Positions 53,187-64,000 of a DNA stretch of 64,000 nt are shown here, piece after piece; within the stretch, counting starts at the first letter, position 1; every line of letters starts with the position of its first letter. Below the pieces are notes generated by a model, which had not been told where the DNA came from, made no database searches, and saw only the letters and a list, made by a program, of their open reading frames with translations. Source of the DNA: Lingula anatina (Eukaryota > Animalia > Brachiopoda); NCBI GenBank assembly GCA_051362555.1, contig CM120648.1, positions 11,838,587 through 11,902,586 of the forward strand, read 5' to 3'. A program made the translations under genes and the position numbers.

Positions 53187-54599
53187 ACTTAAAGGGATAA
53201 TAACTCTTCTTTTTGGCCAAAAAATGAATTTTCCTGGAGTCAACAACAATTTTCCCATACTAACCAATTAATGAATCCATTTTTACATTCAAAGTTAGTC
53301 CCTAGTTTTTTTCTAAAAAGTTTTTTGTTATAATCTATTAAGAGAATATAACAGAGTACAGCCATCAATGGAGGTCACGTGGTCTAAAGACAAGCTCAGA
53401 TATCAGAATAATAGCTATAACTGCCGTTTTTGTGGTAAAACAGAATATATTATATTTCTATGAGTTGTTCACAATATTTTTATTGTGAAATATATATCTC
53501 ATACAGAGAGTTATTATCCCTTTAAAGTCTATGAATTATTTGCCATCTTGGATACTACTATGAAATATGATTCACATCTCCCCTTGCAGTGGTGGTAGAA
53601 AAGTAAATTGTTCGTAAAGAGACAAGATGCATGTTTTTCATCTGCATCCTACCCTCTAGGGTTTACATCAAGAAATCTGCCTTGTGATCAAGGCCATGTG
53701 ATGAAGGGTCTAAAAAATATGCCTAATTGGTAAAGCAAGTACAGTCTCTTTAGTAATGGGTTTACTTTATCTTTTTACATTACTATTTTTTACATATCAG
53801 TTGCTCTAATGATGTTAAATAAAGACCCATAGTTAGTTTAGTTTCACATTGCAGTTCATCATATTATTTTTGCCTGGTATGTTGATATCTTTGAAAGAAT
53901 ATTCTGGTTTCAGGGAAAAGGTAACGTAGCCATGGCTGTTTCTTATGGTAGAGGGTTATCTTATTCAAAGTCTTCTAGATATTTAAAGTGAAAATTGCTA
54001 TGTTCAGCATGACATACCAGTGGAGTAGACATGTGATCATCAAGAGACAGAGCGTCCACTTCATACTCCAACACAAGATTAGGATTTTCAGTCCTGAAAG
54101 GTTACAGTACCATGCATTAACATCATGCAAGCAGTACAACATGAAATATCAAATAGAAGATTTATTCAACATCTACACTATTTCATAATAATAATAATAA
54201 GAAGAAGAAGAATTTTAAAAATGATTAATTCTGATGTGGCGTATTTCATAAAATCTCAGTGTTCTAAAATAATTAAAAACAATACTACACTGATGCTTTA
54301 ATATAAAACACAACATGATGACTAAAATTCAATCAACCATTCCAAAAAACTTTACTAGTCAAATGAACTGAAATACTGTCAACTTCTTCAAAACTATTTT
54401 CACCTACCTCCACTTGATAAGAGCATTGATAAGTTTGGCATATCCCAGCGCTGCGGCCAGGTGTAACAAGGTCATGCCATGATAGGAGTTTTCTGTCGGT
54501 AAATGTCCAGACTGCACCCAGACTCTGCGACTGAGCTCCTGGCACTGGTGGATGACTTTGTGCTCAAAACTCTCCGTATGTCTTCCACGGGCACACTGA

Positions 54600-54643
<44 letters not shown>

Positions 54644-57600
54644 CATCATCTCTGTCTACATCTACTGATCATTATGAATATAATGTTGATTATGATATTT
54701 ATATACAATGTGGCAAAGCAAGAAGGAATTTGAAAATATAAAAATAGAATTGATGTCATAACATTATATAAATGTCCAACATTTCTTGAAGCCTTAAACC
54801 TCACAACAACTGGGATATTGGTTGTATATTTTTTGTGCAATAATAATAATAAATAAATTAATTAAAATTTAAAAAGTAAAAAACACTTTGCTTCTGTTGG
54901 TCAAAAAGGAAGAATGTAAAGGATATTTAATACAGCAAAGCCAAAGCATACTAACAACAATCTTGCTACCTAACATCACAGGTCTATGATATGGTCAATA
55001 TGAGAAGAACATTTACACTACCTGATAGAGCACACTCTTGGATGTTCCTTCTGGTGGTGGTGACAACCTTTTCTCAATGGCCTCCAGCCTCTGCAGCAGT
55101 GATAACTTCAATTGGGTCTCTGAAATATTCAATACACCTAATTTATGTACAGAGAAAGTGTGGCAATGTTTTTTACATCTCATTTACAAACAAGTTATGT
55201 CTGCTCAACTTGTGCGACAAGGCACCCCATATCTCATCAAGCATATCACAAGAGTTTAAATGTGGTTGCCATTTATCGATGGTTGTAACAAAAAATATGC
55301 ATCTTATATACATATGCTCCTAACATCTTATGGTAGAAGACATAACTATGGATAACTGGTACAATTTAAATTAAATTCTGAAACATCACTCGGTGTTTAT
55401 TAAGTTGACAAAAATGCTAGACAATATTTTAGAAGCATCTTTATGAAATCTTCCAACCAGACTGAATATACTGACCACAAACCCTGGTCCACTCGGGTTG
55501 TCTTGTCTTGGCTGCTATGCCATCTTTTGTTTTGTATTCAAAGACTACAGAGTTAGAGATAACAAATCCTTCACAGGCTACCTGCATAGTAACCAGGCCA
55601 GGGGAGTGAGCTGAAATTTTAACAAAAATTTCTAAGATTAATAAGAGGTTCCACACTCTGAACAACTGTGAGTATTTTTGAATCGCAAATAACATGAACA
55701 CAAATGCTTCATGAGAGAGTAAAGGTGAAGTTTTCAAGCAATAAAATGTGTGGTACTGAAATGTAATGTGTATATAGCATGTGAGACCTTGAAATGGTAA
55801 AAAAATATTCTGGAAACTTCTATTATTTTCCCTTTATCAATAAGGTATACCCTATCAAAAACTGTTGAGAAAATTGAGATCCATAAACTCATTTTCAAGC
55901 TCTTAATGTCTAATTTTCAAAATGCACTTATGTGAGAGAAGACAAAAAACTTAAATTTCAGCTTGTTTCTGTACAATAAAGTACAATAGATTTTTGAACA
56001 ACTATGTACAAAAAATAAAATAAAATAAAAATGAATGAATAAAAACTTACGTGGACAGAAGCAGCGTAGAACCCCGCTCTGCACCAGGGCTGCTGGCACC
56101 TGAACACCATCAAATGTGATGCTGTAAGGAGAGGTGGTGGAGTACCAGGGTCCGGTGACCAGAATCTTGGTGTTACCCTGAAAACAAGTGGAAGACAATG
56201 ACAGTTTTTATTTTGTAAGCTTGACATCAAGGAGAGTTATCATTTTTATCAAAAATATGAACAATAGTACTAAAAAGAACAACATTAATTCCAAATCAAA
56301 TAAATTCTGTGGTGTATTGCATGAAATCTGAATGCTTCCGACCAAAGTTTTAAAATCCTGAGACTAGAAGAAAGCGAAATATAATGACTAAGAACATATA
56401 ATATAATATAATATAATATAATATAATATAATATAATATAATATAATATAATATAATATAATATAATATAATATAATATAACTGTACCTCAGAAAAAGCC
56501 CAGTCTGGTGCAAAGTCTGTGATGTTAGCTATGCCTTCTCTGGTCTCTGTCTTCACCTGGTGCTTCTGTTTATCCAGACAGCTGGCACACGTGATCGTGC
56601 ACGTCGTGTTGGTGGACACGCCCGCACTGGTGGAGCGCTGATCGAGATCCGACAACTCTAGCATGTCGAAGGCATCAAAATTAATGTCACCACTAGGGGG
56701 CGATGCCATCAGGTTACTTCCTGTGTCCATTGCATCATGGGATGCAGAGCCCGCACTCGCGTTGTGGCCTAGAGGCAAGTTGGCAGTTAATGTCTTGTGA
56801 ATCTCATCTGGTGAGAGGTCAAGGTTTTGACCATAGTCCAGCTTGGGTCCAACACTGCTGGTGGACGAGGCGGTCAGTTTGCTGGACACCGAGGTCATGG
56901 CAGTCATCTCAGGTGGGAGGCGGCCATACTGAGTGTCCATTTTGACCACTCCCGGCTTAACCTGAGGTGGAGATGTTGCCATGGCAACCAGCTGTGGCTG
57001 CTGATGCTGTGTGGTAATGTCACAAGCATCCATCTTTTGTGTTTGTTGACTGCCGCTGACTGTTGTCATGACAACCTGCTGACCACCAGAGTTGTGACCA
57101 GTGGCCGAAGAGATCTGTGGATGACCAGAAGCTGAGGAACCCGTTTGTTCAGTGCTCTCTTTGTGCTTGTTCATTTGGTGTGGCGATATCACAGATCCAT
57201 CGATGATAGATATCGGCGCCGAGCCGTTACCACTGAGAATGATTAAGCCATTGCTGGCTTGCAACTGAGACAGATTGAGTATCAGGGGCTGGGCCTGATC
57301 CCCGGGGGGTCTGAGGACCACACCCTTATTGTGCATGGCCAGGCTGACCCTCTGACCAGTAGGCAGAGTGGCCAGTTGCTGCGGGAAGAGTTTGTGAGTG
57401 ACCGCAGCAGTGGCCAGGTGCTCCGATTTGGGCGAGATGATTCGACACTTGGTATGCGTGCACGTGTCCATGGAGGTGCAGCCTTGCTCGCACAGACATT
57501 CGTGTGTTTTGGCTGGGAGTGACGGCTGGTGCTGCTGGGAGAGCATCTGCTGAACTATGGACTGTAGGGTCTCGTCAGACTGAAAATAGATGGTAGTGTT

Positions 57601-60600
57601 TTACATACTACATCTGCTTTTGGATAGTAATGGATACAATACAAGTCAAGAAGTTGTATTTGAAATAAATGAATGCGAAAAGTGATTAAATGTCAGATAC
57701 ACTTTCCTGAAGAATTGTAAAATTTAATTTGAATTATACCATCAATAAGTTTTATTACATTAAATGTGTATGAGAAAGTGTTGGGGAACATTTTGGAGGC
57801 AGTAACATGACTTAATGACCAAAGAGGTCTGGCTCAATGAAATGCGCTAAATTATTCCAAACTGCTCTGAATCAGGCAAAATTAAAAAGATTTTTCTCTT
57901 ACCAGAGTTTCTGTGTGGCCACTCTCTAAGTCTTTGGCAACAGCAACTGGAACCAATGCCATAATATTGTTATAAAATACAAAAACCCTGAATTCAGTCA
58001 TCTTAAAGAAACTTGAAATCTAGAGTTGAAACTATTTACAATAATTCAGGATTGACCAGATCCATACAGACAAAAGGAAGGCTCATTAATCACTAATTGT
58101 GGCAGGTATTTAGCTTTAAGCTTAGCTTTTACATCTTACTTTATTTTCTAGTTCAACTGTCAGAAAAAAATCATCAACATTCAAGCCTGTTGCTAGGCAG
58201 CAAGGGGGGGGGGGTTAGCAAGAACCCCCTTTTTGCTGGGAAAAGATCCTCTCTGAATAAAATTTTATCTAAGTACACATGAAAGGTGCATGGTAAAAGG
58301 TGCACTTTTTTTCAGAAAAAGAAACACCCTTTTGAAATTGCTAGCTACTGGCCTGACATTCCAAGGCACATGCTACTTACACATTGGTTTCAGCTGAGTA
58401 ATAAGTTCCTCCTTGCTCCACTCTTTCTTTTCGCAGTGGCTGAGACTGGGCATGCTCAGTTTGGCATCGTCAATGGACGGCACGTTGAGATAGTGAACCA
58501 GAACAATGTCTGGGTTCTGGGGAAAAAATTATATTTTGGATAACAAAAATAAATTTTTTTTTCATTCATCTTTGGCATAAGCTGAAACTTTGAACATTGC
58601 CTGTCTTCAATTTTAGCATAAGTATTGACAAACACATTTCTTTTGTCCATTTATCTTCTTAATAGGTATTAGCTGAAACTTCATGAACACGGCTAAACTC
58701 AAACATATGCAGCTGTGCAGAGCGTACTATTCACTGTAGTATGGTGGAGTTTGAAATCGTACCTGCAGGAGCCAGTAACAGCGTCGGTGAAATGTTGACA
58801 GCAAGGCTGAGTGGACGTAACACCCATAAATACACTAAAATGAATATTCAACAATGTCATCATTTCGCAACTAAAAAGTTGAAAAAATGCCCATTTATTT
58901 CAAAGCGTTTGCTCTAGAACCTGAAAATCAATCTTAATTGAATTTAATATGTTTGATTTAGTTTTCAGTACAACAAAATAAATAAATTTTGTCATAAAAA
59001 ATTCGCCATGAAACTTCATTTAATAAGAAAACATACCTCCACCCCTCGTACTTTTAACTTCATGTGGTCTTCTCGCGTGGTTTTTCCATCTTTCCTCTTC
59101 TTCCAAGTGTAACCATCTTTTCTGTAACGTACCTTCTTTCTACTGTAGAGAAGCATGGAGCCACTGGCAGGCCTATGTCAGGGAGAAAATGATCATAAAT
59201 TTATCGCAAAGCAATTACAGCAATAACTTTTCTTTTCAATGGGGGAAAATTGTGAATTTTACAGATAATGTATTTTTCATGCCATAATTTCTTAATATTA
59301 CAAAATTCCTACTGAGTGGAAACAACAACAATAAAAGGCAGGCTACACTATAGTTCATTTCTATGCAGTAAAAGCACTACAAAAATGCTTTATAGAAATA
59401 TAATTTTGTGATTATAAAATTATGTATCTGAAAGTTTGATAATTTTGTCTGTTGAAAAGACTGAGTCATTACCATACTCATACATAACATGTATGAACAT
59501 CAAGAGCATTTGAAAATAAATCTTTTAAGAAATGATTTAGTTATTTATCACCATTACACTCATCACTGAGAGCCTATTTCTCCTAAATAAATTGGCCAAA
59601 TTCCTCCCCCCTTCCTCCAGAAAATATGCATTTTTTTCTGCGTCGAGAATTTATTCTGTGTATATAATAAGTTTAACTCACCTCAGTCCCACTTCATTTT
59701 GCTGCCACTGAGCATGCTTGGAAAACGCAACCAGAATACTGGCAATTTCCTGGAACAGAACACATTTGAATAGCTGAGACGGATTAATGGTAAAAAATTA
59801 AGAAGACAATTTAATCTTTTCTAGTCACTTAATAATGAATTTTTGCAAACTATGATATAATTACAATAAATCAAATTTCTGCTGTTTTTTTTTACTATGT
59901 TTTTGACCACCATAATGAATTTTGTAGAAAGCATGGAGTGTTTATAATAAAGTCATAATAAGTCATAATAAAAGTAAATAATAAGTCAGTATAGTCCACA
60001 GTGTGCTCACCTCATTGGTGTTCCATCGGTGTCTTTCTCGAGGCATCTCTTGTGCTGAGGGGAGATCATCTAAACCTTTAGGTAACATCAGACCAGACTT
60101 CACTTCTGGAAGTACACAGAATAAAGCTGTGTTAGGTGAGACAACAGTGTGTTAGGTTAAACAAGATTGTGTTAGGTGAGCCATAAGTGTGTTAGATAAG
60201 ACAAGATTGTGTTAGGTGAGGCAAGAGTGTATTAGGTGAGACAGCAGTGTGTAAGGTGAGGCAAGAGTGTGTTAGATGAGGCAAGAGTGTGTTAGGTGAG
60301 GCAAGAGTGTGTTAGATGAAACAAGATTGTGTTAGGTGAGGCAAGAGTGTATTAGGTGAGACAGCAGTGTGTAAGGTGAGGCAAGAGTGTTAGATGAGGC
60401 AAGAGTGTGTTAGGTGAGGCAAGAGTGTGTTAGGAGAGACAGCAGTGTGTAAGGTGAGATAAGAGTGTGTTAGGTGAGACAGCAGTGTGTTAGGTGAGAA
60501 TGTGTTAGGTGAAACGAGTATGTTAGGTGAGAGAAGATTATGTAAGGTGAATAGCACCGAGTTAAATGAGACACCACAACAGTAAATGCAAGGAAGGTGT

Positions 60601-63600
60601 GATTGAAAATACCAATTATAAGAACAAAATTATCAAACTCATTCAAGATGAGAATTATCCAAAACAGTTGGAAATGGCATGACTTAATGGAAAATTGAGC
60701 AAGATTTTCTGGGATAAGGAGGAAAGAATGTCAGAAATAATGGCATATTAGTGCATGTAGTGCAACAACAAATTTTATCCAGAGATATGTTTCTAATTTT
60801 TTTCTTCCAAGACCTGTAAAATTGAAGACTTCTGCAAAACAGGGCATTTTCACTACTTTTTGACTATTCTTCTATATTGCTTAATGAGATGGCATTGCCA
60901 GTGCACAGAGTTTTAGCCCTAGTTCATCCCATATCACAAAATTTCTTTATCTGCAGTATTAACAACCTTTAAAAGCTATATTGGGAGGTTCCATTGTAGT
61001 GAAAATAAATAAATAAAAAAATTCAGGAATTGGACATTAGTGTGACTGTCAAATCAATGAGATAACGTAGCACACAGGCAATTGATTATATTATATGCTA
61101 CAATATTTGCAGTTAATAATGCATCACTAATGACTCTGAAAGTAATTCATTATCGCAGTGAGAATAGGAAAAAATGCTGCCACAAATTAGACATCAACGC
61201 TTAACAAATGTCACGCCTCCAACAGAAATCAAATATTTAACAATCCATAGTGTTCTGTTCAGTGCTTCAATTCAAAATCCTTAAATATTCTCTCTGGCTT
61301 ATTGCAGATGTATGAAAAGGGGCGCCCATGAAAATGAAATATTAAATCACACTGTATTCCGTTCTGTTCCATGATTCATAATCCCTCACTTTTGTTTTTG
61401 TCATTTAACAGAAACATGGAAATATGATTACCGCTAATTGAGGAAAGCATGACAGCTGTATATCAAGACAACATATCACTGGGGTTTGGTTGGAGGATTA
61501 TGGTTAACACAGAACAACTGATTCAGCAACGAAACATCATGCCTCAAAAGCATGGTTTGGTCCCTAAGAAACAATTAACTTTACTTCCTATTACCATGTC
61601 ATTATATAAAGCAACTGGCAAAAACCTTCTCACACCAGCCATTCACTGTTCTATCTGAGTTCAGTGCAAACATGTCTTGTTAAGACTTTTAATGCAGCAA
61701 AAGGGCCCCAGGCCTGAACCGAAATATAGAGTAATCCATGCAAGTTCAATGTGAACACGTCTTGTGGAAGTTTTAATGAAACCAGAAAGCTTGAGCAAAA
61801 ATATACAGTAATGCATCTAAGTTCCATGTGAATATGTCTTTTGAAAGTTTTAATGAAGCAAAATGGCTCCAGGTTGAGATAGAGTATAGAGCAGTTATGT
61901 ATGTACTGTCTATGTGAACACATTTTGTAAAAGTCTGAATGTAGCAAGATGGCTTTAGGTCTGAGACAAAATATAGATCAGTCCATATGAGTCCAGTGTG
62001 ACCACACCTGGTGACTGTAATAAGCTAGCAAAATGACAGGGGCGGAGGGACATATAGAACAGATGTTATCTGCTCCAAAGTCACGGGTTAAAAAACATGT
62101 GTCTTTTTTTTTCTTAACCATCTGTATTTTAAGTGCTTTATCCTTCATATTATCTGCTTATGTGTGCCGTGACAGTTGTTATTACTGAACTTCCCTTTCC
62201 ATATATTAATTTACTAGTAACCTTTTTTTAAAAATCTTCTTTGTAAATAAAACGACAAACCTGAATGTCATGGCTTAATCAAATTCCAGATTAAGGGAAC
62301 ATGGTTAGTGAGCAAAATGTCTATATTATAAATATTAGTTTATAGTTGAATGGTTCATTATTTAAAAAAATTAAAAATATGCTAGTACAGACATGACTAT
62401 AAAGAAGGAATAACATTGGGGAAAATTAAATATAAATAGTACATACATAACAATGTTTTTGTTGGTAGGAGACTATATTCATCATAACATATTCACACAC
62501 TTATTAACTTTTATAATACTAAGACAAGAAGTAATTTTAACAATCTGTTTCATCGCACCTCAACAAAAATTTTGATATAAAAATGAAAATGGAAAATAAC
62601 AAGTGCACTGACAAAATGATTTTTTTTAGCTTGAAACACACATGTACGTGATGACACTAGTTTACGATAAAACAACCAACACTGATGACTTGGTTCTCCG
62701 TAAAAAAAACAACACGTCAAAAATGCCGTCATCTAATAGACGTACTAGTACTTTCCAAGTACAATTGCCACATACACACACAGCTTGCCTGACTGTGAAC
62801 TGAGATATATTGAAAACATGGAGAACTCGTGTAACATGCACTGGATAGTGCGTATTGATTGGAGCTCCAGGAAAAATTAATTTCAAATCCCGAGAGCCGT
62901 GCGAGGCAGGCCACGGTTTCAGTATTACTGCACTGCTGGAGATTATACACAGGCTGTTAGAATACTGATATGGTTTAAAGTGAAAGATTGGAGAATGGAG
63001 GGATTATTACTTTGATCTTTGGTCAGTCACACACATTCTCTCTCTCTCTTTTCCTCTCTCTCTCTCTCTCCCCACAAACAGAAATAAATTTATAGAAAGA
63101 TGATATTTCAGTGATAAATAAAAAGCATTTTGTCAAAATGCATGTGATTAAAAATGACTTCACAACTTAAAATTGTCCCCCCCCCCCCATGTGAGCCAAC
63201 TATCTTTGTGAAAATAAAAAAGGTTAGAATAACTGAAGACAAAAGCTCAGACTTAGGTTGAAGCTGATCTTGGTACCATAACCAGATTTAAGAGGGTTAC
63301 TAGTAGTCATTTCAGACTGCTACAATGTCACTAAGGTGCATGAAGCCAGTTTCAGAAAACAACTTTAGCCTGAAATCTTGGTCTAAACTTTTTGACAAAA
63401 AATAATGTCTGCTTTGGTTCTTCATGTCAAGAAAATTTCAGAGTAGCTCATATAAATAAAGTAAGTACTGGTCCGAAACATTAGGTACTGTACATCTATT
63501 TTTTTATGTATAAAAACAGGTGCTATATTTAATTTAACGATACTCTTTTACAGAATACCTCTAATTAGGACTTTGTCTTACTTCCAAATGTTTTGGCCAA

Positions 63601-64000
63601 TATTTTTAGACTTAAGTTCCTTACATGTAAAACAACCACCTGCCTTTTCACATTTAACAAGCTAGGCTTAGCCTATTAAGCCTATTAATTAAAATTCTTA
63701 TAATTGTAGTGCAGCCAGCCATTGAGACTGCCACCAGTTTTTATTACAGATCTGCATCAATCTCAAAAACAATAGTTGGAAAAATTTCATCTCTGTATAA
63801 AGTCTTGCCCCTACCCCTTCTCCCCAACACATAAAATACTGACTGTACTGACCTGTGCTGATACCTAGGGAAGTGTCCACCGCAGTGGCTATCTGTGGAG
63901 CCGTAATGACCACCCTCTGGTCAACCACATGATACTGACCGCTGCCGCTGGTGTGATTCATGGTGTCCAGCGTCTGGAACTGACCGCCTCGCCTGTTCAC
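40190..64000 (-). CDS. CAMTA: Calmodulin-binding transcription activator (CG-1, TIG, ankyrin, IQ motifs); 5' end beyond the window
   Basis: Exons >64000-63853, 60105-60011, 59749-59682, 59172-59037, 58834-58763, 58516-58381, 57946-57903, 57579-56488, 56177-56051, 55610-55476, 55119-55022, 54595-54408, 54093-54018, 53063-52337, 51747-51667, 51536-51302, 50864-50688, 50426-50278, 49861-49668, 49412-49365, all phase-consistent. CG-1 motifs [61 protein letters not shown]; [23 protein letters not shown]; ankyrin [13 protein letters not shown]; IQ motifs [13 protein letters not shown] and [12 protein letters not shown]. Exons 3' of 49365 (48329-48312, 42448-42415, 40256-stop) are tentative. Confidence 0.93.
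41800..42142. mobile_element. Harbinger-like MITE containing a nested palindromic MITE (41851-42090)
   Basis: Outer TIR GGGCCTGGTTTCACCAA / TTGATGAAATCAGTCCC; inner TIR GGGTACATTCCC / GGGAATGAGCCC at a TTA. Confidence 0.65.
42160..42366. mobile_element. Palindromic Tourist-like MITE
   Basis: GCATTCACAAC..TTGATC...ATCAAATATGG / CCATATTTGAT...GATCAA..GTTCTGAATGT. Confidence 0.6.
43471..45322 (-). mobile_element. Helentron-type HINE carrying an internal satellite of about 145 bp (about 5 copies, 43690-44380)
   Basis: CTAG end at 43472-43475, hairpin GAGGCG-ATAC-CGCCTC, subterminal inverted repeats ATTGTACCACCAGC (43506-43519) / GCTGGTGGTACAAT (45308-45321), GC-rich microsatellite 45221-45262; satellite units start near 43692, 43836, 43981, 44128 and 44273. 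Confidence 0.85.
45919..46640. mobile_element. Non-autonomous PIF/Harbinger element, 722 bp
   Basis: TIR GCCCCCGTTTCACAAA / TTTGTGAAACGGGGGC, 3-bp TSD CTG, internal repeats of the TIR motif. Confidence 0.88.
47957..48253. mobile_element. Palindromic MITE
   Basis: CCTATCGTACTA..GGATTG..GGGGATTCT...TGTCTGGCATGCCCCCT / AGGGGGCGTGCCAGACA...GAGAATCCCC..CAATCCTGTTAGTACGATA. Confidence 0.78.
48417..48672. repeat. Two-copy tandem duplication, period about 120 bp
   Basis: TTTTGTTTTTGCCA..CTGGAAAACAACTTTCTGCT recurs at 48418 and 48538. Confidence 0.8.
56396..56481. repeat. (ATATA)n pentanucleotide microsatellite just inside a CAMTA donor
   Basis: Directly visible; gives the LYYII repeats in the ORF track. 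Confidence 0.95.
58182..58355. mobile_element. MITE with 5-bp TSD (hAT5-like), copy 3, more diverged
   Basis: CAAGCCTGTTGCTAG...CTAGCTACTGGCCTG, TSD ACATT, internal similarity to 26360-26527. Confidence 0.8.
60127..60550. repeat. 20-bp minisatellite (GTGTGTTAGGTGAGGCAAGA)n, about 21 units, related to the 17-bp family
   Basis: Directly visible; starts about 20 nt from the CAMTA acceptor at 60106. Confidence 0.92.

Noticed and set aside
60127-60550. Array of AG|GTGAG recursive splice sites
   Set aside because: The motif is on the plus strand, antisense to CAMTA.

Overview
AT-rich, intron-containing animal genomic DNA, most likely a marine invertebrate (lophotrochozoan-like; inferred from CBM2-GH9 cellulases and Helentron/HINE repeats). 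All six recognisable genes lie on the minus strand, and exon structures were read by hand with GT-AG and phase checks. They are: (1) a complete 10-exon secreted GH9 endoglucanase (2325-7229); (2) a 13-exon paralog with three tandem CBM2-like domains whose catalytic acid Glu is replaced by Ala (9167-16842), a probable cellulose-binding pseudoenzyme; (3) a short iodothyronine-deiodinase-family selenoprotein (19107-19631) with in-frame UGA, a clear 3'UTR SECIS, an SRE-like hairpin and no transmembrane anchor; (4,5) two tandemly duplicated sulfotransferases with intronless coding sequence and bacterial-looking motifs; (6) most of a CAMTA gene (CG-1, TIG, ankyrin, IQ) whose 5' end runs off the window. 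Non-coding DNA holds many MITEs (Harbinger-, hAT5- and Ginger-like), two Helentron-type HINEs, an L2/CR1 fragment and a dispersed 17-20 bp minisatellite. The most unusual observations are the catalytically dead tri-CBM GH9, four diverged 'echo' copies of exon 3' ends just inside GH9 introns, a minisatellite that appears to grow from a matching splice junction, the soluble SCTUGP deiodinase and the candidate horizontally acquired sulfotransferases.
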